A stretch of DNA of 49,606 nucleotides from an uncultured bacterium (GTDB lineage: Bacteria > Patescibacteriota > Minisyncoccia > Phycocordibacterales > UBA9973), in assembly GCA_903929735.1 (NCBI GenBank), contig CAIYVW010000043.1, positions 1 through 49,606 of the forward strand, read 5' to 3'. The translations under genes were made by a program, and so were the position numbers. Positions 44,903 through 49,606 of this stretch are shown piece by piece. The notes under the pieces are model-generated. The model was not told the origin of the DNA. It worked only from the letters and a program-made list of their open reading frames with translations, and did no database searches. Numbering within the stretch: the first letter of the stretch is position 1; every line of letters begins with the position of its first letter.

Positions 44903-45007
44903 ATGTACAATAGAGGTATTACAAATATTGTAATGATAATACTGGGTATAATTTTGATAGCTATTTTGTTAGGTTTTTTTACTTCATCATCTTTACGATT
45001 ATGGTAA
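44903..45007 (+). CDS. Candidate 34-aa single-TM peptide (possibly leaderless)
   Basis: MYNRGITNIVMIILGIILIAILLGFFTSSSLRLW, below the ORF-track cutoff. Lies 19 nt upstream of the 431-aa gene. Confidence 0.3.
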   Translation: MYNRGITNIVMIILGIILIAILLGFFTSSSLRLW

Positions 45008-45026
45008 ATAGATATATTTTTTAAAC

Positions 45027-46322
45027 ATGATTCAAGAATTTCTTAGTTCACACAATATAAATCTTTTACAATTATTGATTGTCTCAATAGGTTATTTGAT
45101 GCCTATTCCTTTGACCTACATAGCTCTTAATCTTTGGCATCATTATAGACAAGAGAGATTCATAATGGGTATAAAATGGGTTTTACTTGAGATACAAGTA
45201 CCTAGAGACGTTATTAAATCTCCGGCTGCAATGGAACTTATATTTACGAATGCTCTATTTCATCAAAGTAAAAAGGGTTTTTGGGAGCAATATATTCAAG
45301 GTGCTCCTTGGTTTTGGTTTTCTCTTGAGATAGTTTCTATTGATGGTAGAGTTCACTTTTTCATACGTACTCCTACAAGAATGAGAAATCTAGTAGAAAC
45401 TCAAATTTATGGTCAGTATCCTCAAGCAAAAGTTGTTGAGGTAGATGATTATGCTTTTCATGTTCCTCAGTATAAAAAAGATGGAGAATGGAATATGTGG
45501 GGGTGTGAATTTAATAAATTAAAAGAAGATTTTTTACCCATTAAAACATATAAAGGTTTTGGTGATGATATGAAGACAGGGGTAAAAGAAGAATATAAAA
45601 TAGATCCTATAACACCAGTAATAGAATATTTAGGCTCTCTACCTAAGGGTCAACAAGTTTGGATACAAATAATAGTTCGCCAGAGTATTAAGACTTATCA
45701 TAGTCATACTGGTAAACATGTAGAATTTATGGATGCTGCAGTTGAATATTTGGAAAAAATATTATTACCTTATACTAAGTTGCAAGATAGTGGAACTCCT
45801 GATGTTTTAGCGAGACAGGTCTTTTTGCCTGAGTATATTAAACCTGTAGTGACAGCTGTTACTGAGAATATGGCAAAAGTACATTTTGATTGTGGTATTA
45901 GATTAGTTGCTTTGTCTGATAATAAGCATTGTACAGAAGATCAATTCCAAAATTTACGTCGTGAGGTTCGTTTACTTTTCAGACAATATGCTCAACCTTC
46001 TATAAATGAATTAAATCGTGTTAATTCTACGCAGTTTGATGCTCCGTGGTCAGATCCTACAGGTTTGGCTTTGGTTAAGATTAAAAAAAGAATGCTAGAT
46101 TTCTATAGAATGAGAACATTTTTTCATCCTCCTTTACAATATGCTATGGATTACCCTAAGGTTTTATCTGCTCTTTTTCCTTCAAATAAGCCAAAACCTT
46201 TTGTTATATCTACTGAAGAACTTGCAACACTATTTCACTTTCCAGGTATGGTTTCAGAAACTCCTAGTTTTAAGCGTATTGAATCTAAAATCGCTAAACC
46301 ACCTTCAAATTTACCTATTTAA
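45027..46322 (+). CDS. Hypothetical membrane-anchored protein (431 aa)
   Basis: N-terminal TM, then WVLLEIQVPRDVIKSPAAMELIFTNALFH...FSLEIVSIDGRVHFFIRTP. No NTP-binding motif seen and no family assigned with confidence. Confidence 0.55.
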   Translation: MIQEFLSSHNINLLQLLIVSIGYLMPIPLTYIALNLWHHYRQERFIMGIKWVLLEIQVPRDVIKSPAAMELIFTNALFHQSKKGFWEQYIQGAPWFWFSLEIVSIDGRVHFFIRTPTRMRNLVETQIYGQYPQAKVVEVDDYAFHVPQYKKDGEWNMWGCEFNKLKEDFLPIKTYKGFGDDMKTGVKEEYKIDPITPVIEYLGSLPKGQQVWIQIIVRQSIKTYHSHTGKHVEFMDAAVEYLEKILLPYTKLQDSGTPDVLARQVFLPEYIKPVVTAVTENMAKVHFDCGIRLVALSDNKHCTEDQFQNLRREVRLLFRQYAQPSINELNRVNSTQFDAPWSDPTGLALVKIKKRMLDFYRMRTFFHPPLQYAMDYPKVLSALFPSNKPKPFVISTEELATLFHFPGMVSETPSFKRIESKIAKPPSNLPI

Positions 46323-46331
46323 TTATTTTAT

Positions 46332-47249
46332 ATGGATGATTTAAAAACAGAAATAATAACGAAGAAAAAAACTTCAGTCTTTCCTTATGTATTAGATTTC
46401 ATTTTATTGATTGGTGTTTTTTTAATATTCTTTCATTATGTATTTTCTGCCCCCTCTAGAGAGAGGGATGTGACTATTCATATAACTTCAAATGAATCCT
46501 TAGATAAGGTAGCAAAAGATTTGAAAGATTTTAAGATAATTAGATATCCTGTAGCTTTTAAAATTTTTATTACTATTTTATCTTTAGATAAGCATATCCA
46601 AAATGGAGATTATCTATTTAGTAAAGAAGATAATTTATTTAGTGTTACATGGCAGATAATAAAAGCTAATCATAAAGTAAGTAAAGTCAAAGTTACTTTT
46701 ACTGAGGGTATGACAAATGAAGATATGGCTAATGTTTTATCTGATAAAATATCAAGTTTCCGTAGGGACTTATTTTTGAGTGATCCAAGAAGTAAAGAAG
46801 GCTATTTATTCCCAGATACATATTTCTTTTATCCATTATCTACTACCGATGAAATTTTAAATGAAATGAGTTCTGATTTTAATAAGAGAATAGCCCCTTT
46901 AAACTTAGAGATAAAATCATCTGGTAAGAATTTATCACAAATTATAACTATGGCTTCGATTTTAGAGAAAGAAGCTAAAGGTAAAAATGATTCATCAATT
47001 ATTTCAGGTATTTTATGGAAAAGAATCAAATTAGGTATGCCTCTTCAAGTAGATGCCGCTCCTGTTACCTATAAAAGAAGTGATTTACCTGATAGTCCTA
47101 TAGGTAATCCAGGTTTGCTTGCTATTAATTCAGCTTTACACCCTACACCTTCACCTTATTTATTCTATTTACATGATTCTAGTGGACAAGTTCATTATGC
47201 CGAAGATTTTAGTGAACACAGAAGTAATATAGCTCATTATCTTAAATAA
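46332..47249 (+). CDS. mltG: Endolytic murein transglycosylase MltG (YceG-like)
   Basis: N-terminal TM, ASILEKEA, LQVDAAPVTY, LPDSPIGNPGLLAINSALHP, YLFYLHDSSGQVHYAEDFSEH. Confidence 0.88.
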   Translation: MDDLKTEIITKKKTSVFPYVLDFILLIGVFLIFFHYVFSAPSRERDVTIHITSNESLDKVAKDLKDFKIIRYPVAFKIFITILSLDKHIQNGDYLFSKEDNLFSVTWQIIKANHKVSKVKVTFTEGMTNEDMANVLSDKISSFRRDLFLSDPRSKEGYLFPDTYFFYPLSTTDEILNEMSSDFNKRIAPLNLEIKSSGKNLSQIITMASILEKEAKGKNDSSIISGILWKRIKLGMPLQVDAAPVTYKRSDLPDSPIGNPGLLAINSALHPTPSPYLFYLHDSSGQVHYAEDFSEHRSNIAHYLK

Positions 47250-47251
47250 TT

Positions 47252-48136
47252 ATGATATTAAAAACTAAAAAACAAAAAGACTATGAATTAATAGATTCAG
47301 GTAATGGTCAGAAACTTGAAAGATATGGTTCTTATATTTTATCGCGTCCAGATCCAGAAGCTTTGTGGAAAAAATCTTTAAGTAAAAATGAATGGGAAAA
47401 TTGTAATTTAGAATTTATAAGAAATGGAACTAAGAATAAATGGATAATTAAGAATGAAGTTCCAAATAATTGGAATATATCATATGGAGATTTAGTTTTT
47501 TCTATTCGTCCAACTTCTTTTAAGCATATCGGTATTTTTCCAGAACAATTGCCAAACTGGGAATGGATGAGGAAAATAATTACTGATTATAAATTACTAG
47601 TTAATAATGAAGAACAAAAACCTAAGGTTCTAAATCTATTTGCTTATACAGGAGGAGCTACTATGGCTTGTGCTAAAGCTGGAGCAGAAGTTTGTCATGT
47701 AGATGCTTCTAAGGCTGCTGTAGTTTGGGCTAGAGAAAATGCAGAGATATCTTTATTAAAAGATGCTCCTATAAGATGGCTAATAGAGGATGTTGTTTTA
47801 TTTCTTAAAAGAGAAATTAAGAGGGGAAGAAAATATGATGCTATTATAATGGATCCTCCATCTTTTGGTCATGGTCCTAAAGGTGAACTTTGGAAGATAG
47901 AAGAACAATTTATAGATTTAATGGATCTTTGTGGTCAAGTTTTATCTGATGACCCTTTATTTATTCTTATAAATGGTTATACTGCTGGTTATTCATCTAT
48001 AGTTTATGAAAATAATTTAGTTGATTTAATGAAAAATCACAAAGGTATTATTGAATCTGGAGAGTTAGTAATAGAAGAAACCGAAAGTAAAAAACTATTA
48101 CCTTGTGGAATATTTGCAAGATGGCAAAAAAAATAG
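47252..48136 (+). CDS. Class I SAM-dependent (rRNA) methyltransferase, RlmI/RlmK-like
   Basis: FKHIGIFPEQ, LNLFAYTGGATMACAKAGAEVCHVDAS, IIMDPPSFG. Confidence 0.78.
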   Translation: MILKTKKQKDYELIDSGNGQKLERYGSYILSRPDPEALWKKSLSKNEWENCNLEFIRNGTKNKWIIKNEVPNNWNISYGDLVFSIRPTSFKHIGIFPEQLPNWEWMRKIITDYKLLVNNEEQKPKVLNLFAYTGGATMACAKAGAEVCHVDASKAAVVWARENAEISLLKDAPIRWLIEDVVLFLKREIKRGRKYDAIIMDPPSFGHGPKGELWKIEEQFIDLMDLCGQVLSDDPLFILINGYTAGYSSIVYENNLVDLMKNHKGIIESGELVIEETESKKLLPCGIFARWQKK

Positions 48137-49200
48137 ATAAAACTGTATTCGTTGGAGTCTCAGGAGGAGTGGATAGTTCTGTGGCTGCTGCTTTATTAAA
48201 AGAACAAGGATATAATGTCGTTGGAGTTTTTATTCGTACTTGGACACCAGAATTTATAAAGTGTACATGGAAAGAGGAACGTCGTGATGCCATGAGAGTT
48301 TGTGCTCATTTAGATATTCCTTTTTTAGAATGTGATGCAGAAGAGTCTTATAAAAAAGGAGTTGCTGATTATATGATTAATGAATATAAAATAGGTAATA
48401 CTCCAAATCCTGATGTCATGTGTAATCGTGAAGTTAAGTTTGGTATTTTTTGGGAGTTTGCAAAAGCTCGTGGAGCAGATTTTATTGCAACGGGTCATTA
48501 TGCAAGGGTATTACCAGTTATTTCTCAAGATAAATTTGAGCTCCATACCGGCTTAGATTTTTCTAAAGATCAGTCGTACTTTCTTTGGACTCTTACTCAA
48601 GATGATTTAGATCATACGATTTTTCCTGTTGGTCATTTACAAAAGATAGAAGTTAGAAAGATTGCAAATAAATATAATTTACCTACAGCAACTAAAAAAG
48701 ATAGCCAAGGTGTTTGCTTCCTTGGTCCCTTAGATATGAAAGATTTTCTAAAACATTATATAGAACCTAAGATGGGTGATGTTATAGATGAAGAGGAAAA
48801 TGTTATAGGTTCTCATGATGGAGCAACATTTTTTACTCTAGGAGAACGTCATGGTTTTACTATCAATAAAAATATAAATAATAGTTTAGCTTTATATGTT
48901 GTGTCTAAAAATATTGAAGCTAATACACTGACTGTTTCAAGTAAGAATAAATTAGAAGATTATTATTTAAATAACAATATTTCAGGTTTTAGAACTAATT
49001 GGATATTTAGCTTACCCAAAAAAGATAAAAAATATACAGCTCAGATTCGTTATCACGGGGAACTTCTAATTTGTAGTATTAAGATTTTAGAAGATAACAA
49101 ATGTCAGTTATTTTTTGATAAAAATATAATTATAGATAAGGGTCAATCCATTGTATTTTTCGATAAAGATAATTGCCTAGGTGGGTGTATTGTGGGATAA
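48121..49200 (+). CDS. mnmA: tRNA 2-thiouridine(34) synthase MnmA
   Basis: PP-loop VGVSGGVDSSVAA, NPDVMCN, GHYAR, SQGVCFLG. Start set at the ATG at 48121 (16-nt overlap with the upstream gene) rather than track start 48103. Confidence 0.92.
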   Translation: MAKKIDKTVFVGVSGGVDSSVAAALLKEQGYNVVGVFIRTWTPEFIKCTWKEERRDAMRVCAHLDIPFLECDAEESYKKGVADYMINEYKIGNTPNPDVMCNREVKFGIFWEFAKARGADFIATGHYARVLPVISQDKFELHTGLDFSKDQSYFLWTLTQDDLDHTIFPVGHLQKIEVRKIANKYNLPTATKKDSQGVCFLGPLDMKDFLKHYIEPKMGDVIDEEENVIGSHDGATFFTLGERHGFTINKNINNSLALYVVSKNIEANTLTVSSKNKLEDYYLNNNISGFRTNWIFSLPKKDKKYTAQIRYHGELLICSIKILEDNKCQLFFDKNIIIDKGQSIVFFDKDNCLGGCIVG

Positions 49201-49201
49201 T

Positions 49202-49606
49202 ATGTATATGAATATAACTGAAAAAATAGAAAAAGGATCAAATAATATAGTATTTGTTTATACTATTTGTGCCGATAAAGCAGAGGCTCTGTCTTTGGGT
49301 TATAGTGCTATTTTAAATAAATTAGCTATATCTATGGATTACTGGAATATCGATTCTATCTATCCATGGCAGGGGGTAATACAAGAAGTATCTCAGCTTA
49401 TTTTGATGTTTTCTACTGAAAAATATTTAAGTAGTAAATTAATGAAACATATAGAATCAGAGCACTCTTATAATATCCCTATGGTAATTTGTAGTGATAC
49501 AAATATAGCTAATATTCCTTATTCACTCTGGGTTACTAATACTTTAAAGAGTGAAGATAAATACACAACGATATTAGAAAACAAAGAAGACATTAATAGT
49601 CTAAAT
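49202..49606 (+). CDS. cutA: CutA1-like divalent-cation tolerance protein (runs off the window end)
   Basis: Open frame to the last base and absent from the ORF track. VFVYTICADKAEALSLGYSAILNKLAIS...SIYPWQGVIQEVSQLILMFST...HSYNIPMVI follows the CutA pattern. Confidence 0.55.
   Translation, partial: MYMNITEKIEKGSNNIVFVYTICADKAEALSLGYSAILNKLAISMDYWNIDSIYPWQGVIQEVSQLILMFSTEKYLSSKLMKHIESEHSYNIPMVICSDTNIANIPYSLWVTNTLKSEDKYTTILENKEDINSLN

Noticed and set aside
1-49606. Alternative genetic code (UGA recoding, as in some CPR lineages)
   Set aside because: Conserved genes (gyrA, typA, ftsZ, hisS, gpmI and others) translate full length under the standard code with no in-frame TGA. TGA is used as a stop in the RAYT gene.
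1-49606. CRISPR array, rRNA operon, prophage or restriction-modification/toxin-antitoxin defence genes
   Set aside because: No regularly spaced direct repeats, no rRNA-like sequence and no recognisable phage, Cas, RM or TA proteins were seen by eye on either strand.

Overview
The window is visibly AT-rich (about one-third G+C by eye, not computed), densely packed bacterial DNA read with the standard genetic code. Gene content and style point to a small-genome Patescibacteria/CPR (Parcubacteria-like) organism; this is inference, with no search run. Most of it is housekeeping. Translation: fmt-def-hisS-lepB, pth, rpsA, hpf, rpsU, frr, typA, mnmA and three tRNAs. Replication: gyrA, a PriA-like gene, holB. 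Division and shape: ftsA-ftsZ, mreB, mltG. Also gpmI, trxB, rseP, a lactate permease and two sigma-related proteins. Non-core content falls into five groups. (1) An orphan solute-binding protein is followed by five tandem VirB2/T4SS-pilin-like paralogues (16.0-20.2 kb). (2) A compositionally patchy accessory stretch (20.2-25.8 kb) ends at tRNA-Glu. It holds an SPFH-like/His-rich membrane pair, two receiver-like proteins lacking the phospho-acceptor Asp, three small kinase-fold genes (one frameshifted), and nested direct repeats copying the tRNA 3' end. (3) A RAYT/IS200-like tyrosine transposase is bounded by, and internally carries, its own REP-like hairpin. (4) Three related GC-rich two-hairpin elements (25.8, 27.9, 29.8 kb) show compensatory stem changes and may be an ncRNA or MITE family. 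(5) Several proteins have lost catalytic motifs (PriA, MBL-fold, receivers), and a few small ORFs below the ORF-track cutoff have their own terminators. No CRISPR array, rRNA or prophage was seen.
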